Part shown: piece after piece, positions 35,927 to 49,500 of the stretch
Layout: each line of letters opens with the position of its first letter
Position numbering within the stretch: position 1 is the first letter of the stretch
Source: Sphagnum compactum
Lineage: Eukaryota
Assembly (NCBI GenBank): GCA_965153455.1
Contig: OZ234493.1
Coordinates: forward strand, 34,648,213 to 34,712,212
Direction of reading: 5' to 3'
Length of the DNA stretch: 64,000 bases
Made by a program: the position numbers and the translations under genes
Notes under the pieces: model-generated
Database searches by the model: none
Told to the model about the DNA's origin: nothing
The model's input: the letters and a program-made list of their open reading frames with translations, nothing else

Positions 35927-38900
35927 TAGTCTTGGGCGGTTCTCATTTTTTCATCAGAATCACAAGTTTTGGTTCTTTGAAAGGGTTGAGAGAATCGCCC
36001 CAGTTCTTTTTTAAATTTCAGATTTTTATTTGTTAATAACCACCCCAATTTTCAGAAATTCCAAAAAAAATGAAACTTGGTGGTTTTCAACATAGCCGAT
36101 CCTCACAAGTTTTTGACCCACTAGTTTTCAAAGGTGGTTCTTGCAAATGATTATCACAATTGTTATTCCAAAAAATTAAGTTAAAATAAAAAAATAATCA
36201 TTTTAATAATTAAAAGCCACAAAAGGAGTATAGTTTTCAATCTCTTTCACATTGAAATCTTTCACATTCATCATTCACAATTTTCAATCTCTTCTCTTTG
36301 ACATTCTTTTTCAAATTCCTTCAATTCCTCTTCAAAGTTCTCTTCCTTTCTATAAACTCTACCAAGCTAAATGTGTCCTTACAATTTACTCTAAGATCAT
36401 TCAGCCAATTTTTGCTAACAAAAATAAACTTTTCTAGATTTCTAATTACAAACGACATCTTTTAAGGTTTGTTAAAATTTCAGCAAGCAAAAAAATACAC
36501 TTTATTTGCGGAGGTATTATTTTTACAAAAATTATAAAAAAATTGAAAGTGAAATTTAATTTACGTAAAAAAACTAACTTTGTCTTTAATAGTGTATTTA
36601 ACTTTCTTGGGCAAATTCCAACATCCATACATGCTTTGTTCCACTTTAATCTGCCCTTACCAAACTTGTTCGACCAAGTAATGCATTTTTGAATGTCATA
36701 TTGCACATTTTTAATTGACACAAATTTCATGTCTTTGTAAACTTTCTTTTCGATAGTCCCATATTGGCATGCTTTGGAAAAAGCATGTCCAAAACAACTT
36801 CCATCGAAACTTTCTTCCAACCCCAGAATATTATAGCTCACAACAAACCTTCGTGCTAAAGTCATTACATTCAAATTAGCCCCCTCATCTTTAACAAATG
36901 CAATGATTTTCTTCCTAAGGCCAAAAGAATTCAAAAGATTACTCAAGTTTACATCTCGAGCTTGCCCTATGGTTTTAGTAGCTTTAAATAACCTAATAGT
37001 CACTTGCTTAGGTTGTCAATTTGCATCTAGAAAATTAACAACCAATGCAAAAATTTCATGGGCTCTTTTAGACATCCATAAGCCAAAACTAGTAGTGGCT
37101 AACAAACACTTTACTAATTGAAGTAAGACATACAACTCTTTTGTTTTCTCCACCAAATTGGACAAAATTTCTTGGGAAAATAATTTTCCTATATGGGATG
37201 ACAACTCGAAGACATCATATATATTAATTGCCTTGTCTGTCCGTCTGTCTGTGACCACTGGACGCAGAGAAAAGTGACGGGAAAAAGATAAGAGACAGGA
37301 TCGAGCATCGGTCGACGACCGTAGGATGGAGAGCTTTCGACGAAAAGAAAAATGTACGCAGCAGCAGTAAAAAGCGCATGGGTTTTAAAATCATTGGCAA
37401 ATCCATCATTGGCAAAAATATAAAAATAAAAACAAAACATCGACGTAGCTGACAGAAAGTCTGTCCGTCTGTCTGTGACCACTGGACGCAGAGAAAAGTG
37501 ACGGGAAAAAGATAAGAGACAGGACCGTAGGATGGAGAGCTTTCGACGAAGAGAGAAATGTACGCAGCAGTGAAAAGCGCATGGGTGAACGGGGGGGGGA
37601 TCAACGGGTTAAAAAATTGGAGTGGAAAATGCGAAGGACGGGGGGGGGTCGACGGGGTAAAGAACCGGAGTGGGCAATGGGAAGGACCGGGCGGGGGGGA
37701 GCTCGACGGGTGCATTATGCACCGGGTTCACACTAGTAAATGTAAGGTAAATCATTTGGACCAAGAACTTTTCACAAATTGCATAGGAAGATGATTTTTA
37801 ACAATTAGCAAACCAAGGTCTTGTAGAAATTGTCTTTGCTACACATCATCCTTTTTAAGAGGATCTTTAGTAGAAAAAAACTTAGAGTTTTTTTTAGCAG
37901 ACACATTAGGTTTTTTCTTTGTTGGTTGTCTCTCTAAACCATTCCTCATAAGACTATTTACTTTTTCCTCAAAACATTTTTGTAAGCAATGTATGTTCTA
38001 CATCCACATGTTTTTTCAAGGTAGTTATTCCATTAGATTTAAAATATGATATAAGTATTTTTCTAAGTTTAATTCTTGAAGTAAAAATGACATGCTCACT
38101 ATGACAAATCATGCAACACATCATTTGAGCTACCTTGCCTTCTACTTATGTATTGTCATTAACAACATAAAAGGCCCAACATAATGCATTTATACCATAA
38201 GGTTTCCAAAATAATCTCTAAGCATGCAAAATTGAAGTCTTTGATTCACACTCTTCTAATCATTTTTTGGAATTGTACTCATTTGGGTTTACAACCTCTC
38301 ATTTCCTTGTGATGTTTCAAGAAAAGGTTCTTCTTCTATGGAAACATCTTTTTGGAATATTTCACAAGACTATGTTTCAATTTTCATAACATTTTCATTT
38401 TGGTTGGACTAGGCCATTACTATTTAATTTATACAATAAAAAATAATTATTAAAAAAATTACAATTATGAGACCTAAAAAGTAGATAAGGAAAAGGAATC
38501 AGGGTTTAAGGTTGAAAAATCATTTATAAAAATTTACAAATTAAAAAGCTCACTTCTAAATGTAGTTGAAATGAAAAATGTATAAAAAAAAGTTTCTTCA
38601 AAAAAATGATTTTCTTGCACCATCTAGCCACAAAAGTAAATTTTTTAAGTTTTACGGTTAAGGTTTGATTCTAATGGACAATACCAAAACAACCTAACCT
38701 TAACCCTAAAAAGTAAACAAAGAAAAAAAGACATAAGAAAAAATAAATAATTTACAAAATAGATATTTATTATAGTTTTGTTGATCAAAAGACACAAGAA
38801 ATTTGGAGAATGTAAAAGTTGATTTCAAATTTACTTCATGAAAAAAAGCTTGGAAGCTTAACCTCCACCCTGTATCAACCTTGGAATCTTGAACTTGCAA

Positions 38901-39762
38901 AAAAATAGTAAAGGGGGAAGTACGAGTTTATAGAAACAATGCATCTAGTGTAAGCCAGAGTGCAAACAAGAGCCAAAAGCAAGAAGTGAACGACAAAATC
39001 AAGAAGTGAAAGATAGAAACAAGAAACAAAATATGCATTGCGAGAAACATAAGTGAGAAATGAAGATAGAAGCAAAAAATGAAAGACAGAAATGAGAAGC
39101 AAAACACAAAAGCGAAAAGTGAAAGAAAGAAACAATCAACAAAAGCGAAAGATTGAAGCAAGAAGCGAAAAATTGAAAAGAGAGAGTAGAAGCAAGAATC
39201 AAAAGACAAAAGCGAAAGTAAAAAATGAGAAGCAAAAGACAAAAGTGAAAAAGCAAAAGACAAAAATGGAAAGTGAAAAATAGAAACGAGAAGCAAGAGT
39301 CAAAAGTGAAAGCCAAAAGTGAAAAACGAGAGACAGAAGCAAAAAGTGAGAGACAAAAATGAGAAGCAAGAGCCAAACAAAAGTTAGAAACGAAAAGCGA
39401 AAAATAGAAATGAGAGACATAAGTGAAAAACAAGAGCCAAATAAGAGCCAAAAGTGAAAAGTGAGAGATAAAAATAAGAGCCATAAGCAAGAAACAAGAG
39501 CCATGTAAGAGCCATAAGTGATAACCTATAACTTTAAAGTTGAAAATCGAAAAGGTATTGGGAGATACCTTTCCCAATTTTCAATTTTTAAAATTTTTGA
39601 ACCCAAAAGGTTTTGAGTGGGGGTGGTTTTCATCGGGATGAGAATAATTGATCAGGTTTTTAATTCGGTTTTCACCCGATCTAAAAAACAATGGGTTTCA
39701 ACTTGAAAACCAAATTGAAAACCTTGTTGGTTTTCAGTTCACCCCTAAGAACCGCCCCACTG
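35927..39762 (-). mobile_element. hAT DNA transposon with decayed transposase (element E1 of the array)
   Basis: TIRs tagtcttgggcggttct and agaaccgccccactg. Perfect 8-bp TSD GTTCAAAC at 35919-35926 and 39763-39770. Minus-strand relic: BED finger CWAFYVV...CMICH...NGITTLKKHVDVEH (~38185-37990), then TTSFGLWMSK (DLW-like), VKDEGANL, and CFGH (CxxH). Confidence 0.9.
37215..37736 (+). mobile_element. Non-autonomous Helitron (522 bp) inserted in the hAT transposase
   Basis: A|TC start, hairpin ggtgcattatgcacc (37709-37723), CTAG|T end. Removing it rejoins the transposase-like text FTLHLCLRVVIP. Contains an internal ~224 bp-spaced direct duplication and is CpG-rich (young). Confidence 0.9.
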
Positions 39763-39770
39763 GTTCAAAC

Positions 39771-40279
39771 CACTATTGGGTGGATATCATGTGGTTAATA
39801 TTCTTAGTTGGACCTTTCATGATATCACTTTGAATGATACCTTAATTGAAAACTTGATCATTGGTTTTCATTTGTGTGAAAACAGATGGTGAGAATCAGT
39901 TCAAAGAAAAAAAAATTTAATATTGAGACTTGGTTGAAATAAAACCCCCTTCTTCAAGTCAACTTTTCAAGGTATTGTGTACTTTAGGTAGTGGATTGAA
40001 ACAAACAAATAATAAGTCAAAATTAAATAATAGGTCTAAACCTTCTCATAAACAAATAATAATGGGTTTGTGAGAATCACCAAATGATAGTTGGCTCTTT
40101 CAAGTTTATGAGAATTGACATTGTGAGAATTGGTTCAATTTTTTTTAAAATATTAATATGTCGTCTTGGTGTATAATTTTTTTTAAAAATTAAAAAGTGA
40201 AAAGTGAAACCTTTCGTAAATGATTTTGGGAAAACTAAATTGATGGGTATCAAAAATATTTGATACCCACCCAACCTTG
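39771..40279. mobile_element. hAT-type MITE E2
   Basis: TIRs cactattgggtggatatca and tgatacccacccaaccttg. GTTCAAAC on both sides. Confidence 0.8.
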
Positions 40280-40287
40280 GTTCAAAC

Positions 40288-41894
40288 TAGTATTGTCCGG
40301 TTATCCAATTTCTGGAAAAAACTTCGAATATGAATAAAGAATATTCTTAGTTGTAAAAAAAAGATGGATATGTATATTTAAAATCCCACATATTTTCATA
40401 TATAAACGGTTATGTATTAAAAAAAATTATTGAATGTTAAAACTTCATGGATATGCATAAAGTATATGCATTGCCAATTTGTCATTTCTTACTTATAATG
40501 CCGACTAAGGTTGAAAGTTTTAAGTCTAAAGGGTGAATGCACAATTAAGTGTTTCAATATTGGTAGAAATTACACTTTTTATAAGCCCATACAAGATTTT
40601 TTTAAATGATTCAAATGGACATGGCTTTTACTTTTAAAAATGTTATTAGTCTAATTTTTGAATAATACGTTTTCAATCACCTACAAACCTTCCCAAATCT
40701 ATGTGAAAACTTATATTTAATGTAACTGATGTCAATTTCTAATTTGAAAGCCCTAAAAAGAAAACCCATAAAAATTTTAGGAATAATGCCCCATCTAAAA
40801 CTTTCAAAAAATATGCTTTTGGAACAAAGAAATTGAAAAACAAACAAAAAGTACAACTCATACAAACTTATGAAAATATGCTCAAATTTTAACCATTCAA
40901 AAGTCCTTAACTATCAAACGGTTAAGGTTTTCAAATAAAAGATTCCTCATATGAATTTTTCTTGTATTACATCATATATTGAGTTTCAATAACAAATTTG
41001 GAATGTGAATCAATATTATTTTTTTCATTTTGTGATGGTCCAATCAAACAACTAATCCATGTTTTTCGATTTCAAAAGTCCATTACTATTAACAAATGAA
41101 CTTTTTATCAATAAATAATCACACAATTCTTTTCATACTGAATTTGTTAGTCTAGATCCAAGTCCAAATTAATAAATCTAAGGATATATTAATCATCATA
41201 TGTATTTGAATAAAGGGTACCCATGAAGAAAACACCATTTTGTCACAATAGTGAAACACTCAATTGTGCATCTACCTTGAACGCGTATCTTCCAAACTTT
41301 AAAAAATCACAAACCCTAAATCTTCTTCTTAGATATAGTTATAAAATTTCTGGTTATGTATACCTCCCATACATAGATAATGTATTTGTTTTTTGTCAAA
41401 TTTTTGCAACATGGTGAAAAAAAGGGACTAAGGAATCCAACCAAGGATTTTTTTTTTTAAATACAAAAAATTCACCATATCTTGATGGAAAAAATCTAGA
41501 AGTCCCCAAATTTAGATAATGTGTTTTTGCAGATCATCAGAACTATGCAGAATTGCCAAAAAATACAATGTCCCTCTAAGAGAATCACCATTTACTGCTA
41601 ATTAATGTTGGGAATCCTAGCCAATACACTTACTTAAAAAAATTGAAGAAAAAAAATGTATACATAACTAGACATATGCTTAAATAATCCTTGGATATAG
41701 ATATGCATTCGGTTAATGGAAGTGTCTTCCTTCCATCCGTGGACATCAATGATTCAAAATGAGTGGTTAGTCTATATCTGGAGGATATGTATATATATTT
41801 TTTGAATTGATGTAGTTTTAGGATATACATTTATGCATAATCGAGAATTATGCATATACATAACCAGTCGACCATGTATAACCGGACAACACTA
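40288..41894. mobile_element. hAT-type non-autonomous element E3
   Basis: TIRs tagtattgtccggttat and ataaccggacaacacta. GTTCAAAC on the left, GTTCAAC on the right. Confidence 0.85.
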
Positions 41895-41901
41895 GTTCAA
41901 C

Positions 41902-42708
41902 CAATGTTGGCCAAGTACTTGGATTGTTGGTTAGGATCGACTCTTCCAAATTTGGGAACCCAAAACCTAATTGGAACATGTTTCAAGTTTTGAAATTTGG
42001 TGGGAAGATGGTAACTCAAACTGGGTGGGATTTGACCCCTTGTTCTTGATTTGTGTTTAATTGGAACTAGACTTGGGGTTTGGTAACAAATTTCCAAAAT
42101 AATTGAAACCAAATACTTGATTTTTTAAAAATCTAGTTTTGGTTTCAAATTAGGGTTTAAGTTTTTTGGGGGCTAGAGTGCAAAGTTTTTGAAGGTTCGG
42201 AATAGGGTAAAATTGGGACTCTATAAGGATTACAAGTTAGAAGAGGCCATTCAAGGCGTTGAGTACAATTTTGGAAGCCTTAGACATGGAACCACATGCC
42301 AATTATCAAAATAAAAGAAGTTTTGATCCTTTTGAGACATTTAGTGTGGATTAGGGCTTCAAGTTTAGAATGGGCTATTTTGTATTAGTTTAAGATTTAA
42401 AAGACGCTACAATAATTCTTTTTTCATTGAGATTTTATTTTATTTTTAATTTTTGCATTGTTCATTTTGATATTTTGGATGGCGGAGCCGGAATTGGAGG
42501 TTACTAGAAACTAGATGTTAAAGAATCAAGAACCAAAATAGAAAAAAGAATTGCAATTGGAACCACCCCCTAAACCCCCAAAAAAAATCAAACTCAAATC
42601 CCATACTTGAAAAAATAATATTGAAACCAAACTAAAATTAATCTTTTAAAAAAATTTACAAATTGGAACCGATAGGTCCCCCTAGAATTGGGGAATTGGC
42701 CAACACTG
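41902..42708. mobile_element. hAT-type MITE E4
   Basis: TIRs caatgttggccaa and ttggccaacactg. GTTCAAC on the left, GTTCAAAC on the right. Confidence 0.8.
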
Positions 42709-42716
42709 GTTCAAAC

Positions 42717-43812
42717 CAATGTTGGTCAATTAGTACCTTTTTTCAATAATTGGTTGAGAACATTATCAATTGTATTTTTGAAATTTCCTTATAAAAATAA
42801 TACCTTTGATGATTAATTTACTTGGTTAATAACTATGAGCTATGCATAATAGTTGGTTTTCAAATATAGCAAACCCCCTTTATAATCACACCAATTTTAG
42901 TCACATTTTTGTTTGTGTCACACAATTTTCAGTAACCATCTGTTTTAGTTAGAAACACCATTTTTTAGCAGTATCACACTTGTTAGTAACACAAAATATT
43001 TGTAAAGCTTTCTTTGTAAATATGATTATAATGGGGGAAATCTAGGACAAATATTAGGGTTTTGTAAATTGTTTGGCAATGTTAATGTTGCTTTGTGTTC
43101 AAGTTGTGCAAACTAATAACAATGAATCCAATTAAAGAAACAAAGAATAACTTTTTAGTGTAGGCAAACAAAAGATATGCAAACTTGCCAAGAAAGTAAA
43201 AAATCTTAATTGAAAAAATCTAGTTGACAAAATATACAAGCTAATAGTTAAGAAGTTCATACTCAAGGGAAATTGTCACATTAAATTAGGCCAAAATCAC
43301 AACCTTCTTAAAGTCTAATTTAGAATACCCATGTAAGAAATTTAAACAATTAACACCATTATTTTAGCACAAAAGGATTGTTTTATAAGGTTTTTTTGCT
43401 TATAATCACAATCTTGTATGGGTTTATATGGAAAATGATTGTACACATTTAAATCATAATTCGTTAGTGTCACAAAAAAAAGTGGTCACAAGTGCATGAT
43501 TATAAAGGGGGTTTATTGTAATCACCATGAAAATTACTAGTTATATTGCCTAAGTAGGGTAGGTCATAATTTTTTTAAAAATGTTTTTTTAAGGGGTGTC
43601 TTCTACATATTGTAAATATGTGTAACATTTTAAGATTCATAACTTATTAGGGAAAAAATTCAATCATTCGAATCAGTTATTAAATTTAACAAAATCAATA
43701 ACCAATGGTTAGGTTATCAACTCAATTATCAACAAATAAATAATTGACTATTAAATTATCAATAAACATGATGATAAATGGGTGTTTTTTCAATATTAGC
43801 TCGCCAACACTG
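42717..43812. mobile_element. hAT-type MITE E5
   Basis: TIRs caatgttggtcaattagta and tattagctcgccaacactg. GTTCAAAC on both sides (42709-42716, 43813-43820). Confidence 0.8.
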
Positions 43813-45889
43813 GTTCAAACCATAACAAAAACACAATGAAACTATGCATCACATTGAGTGGCTGCATAGGATAAGAGAAACCTCCTACATGCAAACACAA
43901 TGAACCAGCATGTGAGTGAACTAGCACCCACTAGTACAACATGCACAAATGGTGTTTGGACAAGAAATATTTTTCATTGTATTCCAATCGCATATCTAAC
44001 AGTTACTATGGTTAGATATGTATTATGCATCCATACGCATCTGCCTATTTAGTAGTCACTAAATGCCTTGCTAATTTACTTGCCTCCATTAGTATCCAAT
44101 TACATTCCCTACCTATTCGTTTACATTATTTACCCACTTACAAGGTTAGTGTTGGGTGGTTCTTGACTCATATGAAGAACCTCCAGTTCTAGTTCTAAAA
44201 AATGAAATTAGAGCAGTTTTGATTCTGATTTGCAAAAAATAATAATTTGGAGTCTGGTTCCAAGTTAGGTTCATTTAAACAACAAAATCAGGATTTGGAT
44301 TTTAGGTCAATTTCTAAAACTCAAACCTGCTTCTAGTTTGGTTCTATGTAACCTAGACCAAAACTAGCAATTAATTATCAATAAACCTCTGGTTAGCCCT
44401 TGGTTCTAGTCCTTTTAAAATTAAAAAGAAGTCTTTAATCCAATTTCCATTTTGGTTCTTAATAAATGAAGATCTTGGTTCCAGTCCGATCTTTGTTTTT
44501 ACAAAATGAAAAACCTATGTGACGCAAAGCTAGTGTTAAAACATTTTCTATGGATGTGTATGAAAGAAGGGAATCAACCCTAATACATGATGATACAAGA
44601 CGCCAAAATAACAAACAACTGTTCATCATGAATTTTGAGGGCCCTAAAAGCCCAATGTCTATTGTTTGTTTCTGTGTTTTGGTGTGTTTTGTTTGTTTGC
44701 AGGTTTGTGGGGTTTGAAGTTTGCAATTCAATGGAGATGGGTTTTTGAGTTGGCTTTGGTGATGGAACACGTTTACTACTGCAACTGGGGTGACTTTTGA
44801 ATGAGCCATGCAGTTCACGTTGTGCATGACTGGTTGGTGTTGGGTTAAGGTGATGGAGCTGAGAGGAAGCGGGATGGATATAAATCAAGGAGTTCAAGTC
44901 ATCAAAGGCAGCTAAGTTTTCCTTTCAGAATTGATGTTAGACAACAGAAATGTGTGTTGGAGTGTATTTGGATAGAAAAGGAAGAATGCCTTTCTGTTTT
45001 GTGTTTTCTTCTAGTCTAAAGCTATCACTTTCCACTGCGTTGTAGTCTTCAAGAAATAGAAGGTTAATCTATGTTAGATGTAGGGACTAAGTTAGGGGAG
45101 GTGATGACAATGTCAAGGGATTTCAAAGCGATCCATGTGAAGTGTTTATGGGTTTGGGTGTCGATTGGGAATCCCGAGAAAACCTACTGGTTTGACTGAA
45201 TTTGGGAGAGAGAGAACTTGCTGAATTGTGGGAGTTCTAAAGAGAAAAAGGTTTCAAGTCTGTTATGGGTGCCAAGTGAAGAACTAAGTTTCTGGGATCC
45301 AATCTATCTTTTTGTCCAACTCCTTTGCTGAGTGATTCTGGTGGAAAGGGCATGGGTGCATGACGTCAATGTTTATCTGTGAACATCCATGAGACCAGTG
45401 GGCTCTCTCAGAGGAATCTAAGGAGAGTTCTAATCCCTTGAAGTCTTTAGTTTATGGTCTAAACATGGTTGAGAAGAGGAATAGGGGAAGTTGGTGGTTA
45501 CTGTTAAAATAATGAGCTTGATGCAACCACTGTTGCAAAGTTGATATTGATACTATAATCCAATAACAGAAAAAAGATTATCCCCTTCTTTGGTGACACC
45601 TAAAATTAGATCTGATTCTAATTTTATTTTTATATTAATCGAAATTGAAACGAGCAATTCTAACCTGCCAAACTAGACACTCGCCCAACATTGATAATTA
45701 CATAGGTCTTACAAGATTGGTTATTATGGTGGAACCTCACCTGAGTTACAATTCATCCACTACAAAGCATGATAATGGAGTCTTGTTCTCTGGACCAAAC
45801 TACCTATTAGGAAGAGTTTTGGGGTTCGGCTTCATAATTATCTTTGCTAGACAATGATATTGTACAATTGTCTTAGGTAGAGGATTAAA

Positions 45890-46542
45890 GGGTGACTTTA
45901 GACAAGGGTCCAAGGTCCAGGGACCAATGAATTCAAGCAATCTTATTGGTCAAAGGCTTTAAATTGGTCCCAAGGCCTTTAGTCAACGGTCCAACACCAA
46001 AAAATGACAAATTGAGGCTAAACCTACATGGCACCTGTTTGGAGGGAAAATCAATTGGTTTGTACCAAAAGATTATTAAAAGAAGAGCTCCTGATTTGAA
46101 GAACCGAGAGTCAGGCTAGGCACCAAGGCAGAGTCGAACTCAAGGATTCAATTTGCTTCAAATCAGTCCAAATTGGTTCTTAGGAAATTGGACCCTGGAC
46201 CCTAGACCCTCATCTAAAGTGGGCCCAAATAGGGTCCAATTTCCTAAGAACCAATTTGGATTAATTTGAAGGAAATTGAATCCCTGAGTCAGATTATACC
46301 TTGGTCCCTAGCCTGATTCTTGGTTCTCCAAATGAGGAGCTCTCCTTTTTAGCATTTATTTTTTGGTCTGAACCAATTGATTTTCCTTCCAAAATAGATG
46401 CCATGTAGGTTTAGCCTCAATTTGCCACTTTGTGGTCTTGGACCCTCATCTAATGGCCTTGGGACTAATTTAAAGCTTTCTACCAATAAGATTGCTTGAA
46501 TTCGTTGGTCCTTGGACCTTGGACCCTTGTCTAAAGTCACCT
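45890..46542. mobile_element. Two inverted copies of a PIF/Harbinger (Tourist-like) MITE forming a ~650 bp palindrome
   Basis: Copy 1 spans 45890-46226 (gggtgactttagacaagggtc...gaccctcatctaaagtgggccc) and is flanked by AAA/AAA. Copy 2 at 46231-46542 is its reverse complement, missing one end. Confidence 0.8.
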
Positions 46543-49500
46543 GTAAGAATCCTTTTGGGTTTCATAGTGATTTTTAGTGGACAACAAGTTATGGAATTGC
46601 CATAGGCAAAAGGGCTCAAAATGCTTTATGGGGTTCATAGTAATCTTTACTGGACAGCAAGTTACTTAATTGTCTTAGACCAAAAAAAAAGACAAAAAGG
46701 AAAAAAAAAGACCAAGAGTCTAGACTCCATATGTTCATGATCATCTTTACTTAATAACTAGCAAAATTTTCTTAGCTAAAGAAAAAATAATAAATAGTTG
46801 GTTTCATACTTATCAATGAACTCAAGTAAAAGGGAGAAAAAGCTGATTTTGTACATAAATTCATTTTTGTATTATGTATATTTGTGTCACCCAGGAACTT
46901 CTCTACTACACTTATGATATGCAATCATATGACAAAATTTGCCATGAGAAGATATAGCTCAAACTCACCTCATAAACATGGATCTTCAACTAAACATGAT
47001 TTAGGGCCATTTCAATCCATTTTACTTTTGGCATGATATCTTGAAATTTGTATCACATTTTGAAGTGCTAAATAATTTTAAGAAAAATATTTGTGGGTGT
47101 TGATATGAAGAACTATTTTTGGGTGATCTCTTGCAACACATGGTTGGTTTGAAACACATATCTACACCTATTACCCATGGAGCTTACAACCATATTACTT
47201 GAAATGGGGAGCTATCCATATGTCTTCCTTCTTGGGTTGTGTGGATTCAGCTGTGAGTCCATTCAATTGAAGACGATGAAGAAACATTGCATACGTAAAC
47301 AACCTTTCAAGCTTTTAGACACACCAACTTGAATAAAGACAAATTGTACTATTTTATAGGCTTTAATTATTCCTTTTTGTTGTGTTTATCGGATTATCAG
47401 GTTTCAATCCATTGACTTATTCAAAAAATGATCCACACAAAAGAGATCAAGCTCACTCTGTGGCCAAAAGACAGGGGAAATAAAGTATTCCCCTTGCATC
47501 ATCAAGTTCAGCCCCATGAACACAACTTAAGCCAACTTCACAATTCAGAATGTGACAATCAAATTAATTCCTAGAGTCAAACCAACAACTATTCTGATTT
47601 CTACAAAAAGAACTCTATGAGTTTAAGGGGGTTAGATCACTTTGATTGTTCTCTCATAAGCCTCAATTGACATTGTTTGGCAAAAAATTATAGATTCCCA
47701 GATCTCAAGAGCACCATTAAACACAAAACCTTGACACTATATGGAGGCCGAACAAATCCAAGAGATGATGCACATAATTTAGACAACAGATAAGGTAGTA
47801 ATTTGCATTCAAGATATGCAATCCTCCAGAGGATTATCAAATGAAACCCATCAACCCTTACTGGAATCCCAAATGAAAACCCACAACAATAAATGCATTA
47901 TGTATGTATGGAGATTTCAACAGAACTAAGCATTCTCTCCCTTCATAATTGTAGATATAGAAACCTAAACACTTAGATTCATATCCCACATGAAACATAT
48001 ATTTGCCAAACTTTGTCATTTGTAAGATCCCTAGTGATCTTCATCATTCCCCCTATCCACGGACTCCTACACTTGGTGTTCGACTACATCATTCAAAAAG
48101 GCATAAGTGCAATGGAGACAACTTATCCTTCAAAAATATGATAATTTACACCTTCAGGCATTCATCCTTCCAGTGCCACTAGGTACTGCAATCTGTCTAC
48201 AACACAAATACACACACCTCCAAAACCAATAGAAATCATTGAAAACTTAGCTTCTTTGTCCTCATCTCTAGACCCCAAAAAAAAACCTCCTCATTGTAGA
48301 ACTGCCATCCTTCAAATATGCGCAACTCTTCATCCTTCCGTAATCCAAAGCACCAATCTGAGCCAAATTCTAACAAGAGTTCATGAAGAACAAAAACCAA
48401 CATATATGAACTTGCAAGCTCACAAACTAAATCAAGAGAAACAGAGCGCCCACCTTCTCCTTCCTCCATGAATGCACAACCTACAAACATAAAAAACACA
48501 AAACAAACAACATACTATTCCGAGCACCATATGGTTAGCCTGCTCATAACAATTACTGTTTTCTATCAACTGTCGTTTTAGGGCAGTACCTTGACAAACC
48601 TTTTTCACTTTAGGCCTCTTTTTAGGCCACAACTCCTTTCAAATTCAACTATGGCTTTCAATAGGTGGCCCAAAACGTTGAGACTGAGACATGGAAAATT
48701 CGAGGAAAACTCATTCCTTACATGCATGTAAAGTCCAGCTCAATTTTCCGTAGTGTATTTTCAGGTCCCTTACCTGCACGAATTTCTCACTATACATTTT
48801 GAATTTCGGAAGGTACAGTAGAGTCTGTTGCTGGGCCTTCGGAATTCTGGAAGGTACATTTTTTAATTCATCTTTTTGTTTTTTTCATCATATTTTCTGT
48901 GCTCCTCTTCAATGAAGATGGCCCTATACTGCCTGTCAGTGTTGTCCTTGTGCCTCGGGAGATCCACTCCATTGCCATGATAATGCATTGGGTGTCTCAG
49001 GAGATACACTCCTAGCTTTGATTGCCGATAGAGACATAAAGGAGAAAAGAGAGGAACTATGGTGGAAAGAGCCAAAACAAATTAGAAAGAAAAATTGAGC
49101 TGGATTTCAAGTAGGAGAACATTTCGTAATTGGTACCTTTCGGATTTTGGACCCCTTACTTCGGCCTACCGGTCTCAGGAGAGAACCTCAAATCCGAAAG
49201 TTACCGGTTACAAAACCTTCTCAACCTGTATGTTTCAGATTTTTGGCCCCTCCCCTCTGCCTACAGAGATGGGACTTCAAATTCGAAAGGTACAGTTATG
49301 AAACTTTCTCCTACACCAAACCCCCACATATTAGCCAACCGTATTTGGGTGGTTCTTTAGCTTCACAACCACAGCTCTCAAAAAAAATTGAGTACCAGGC
49401 ACATACCAGGAGGCTTTTGATAAATGCCACGGTTCTCAAACAATGTGAAGCATTAAAATAACCACCCAGAAAACCACCTGTTCTTTCATTCAACCGATGA

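Noticed and set aside
38875-39577. Overlapping Phe/Leu-rich membrane-protein ORFs
   Set aside because: Artefacts of an A/G-rich degenerate repeat within hAT element E1. The same applies to the ORFs over the A-rich Helitrons at 56.7-59.8 kb.
44700-45860. Protein-coding gene
   Set aside because: Coding-like composition and a splice acceptor at ~44702, but frequent stops in the frames I read and no recognisable motif. The same holds for ~5940-6440, ~11960-12620, ~13300-13790 and ~47200-48200.
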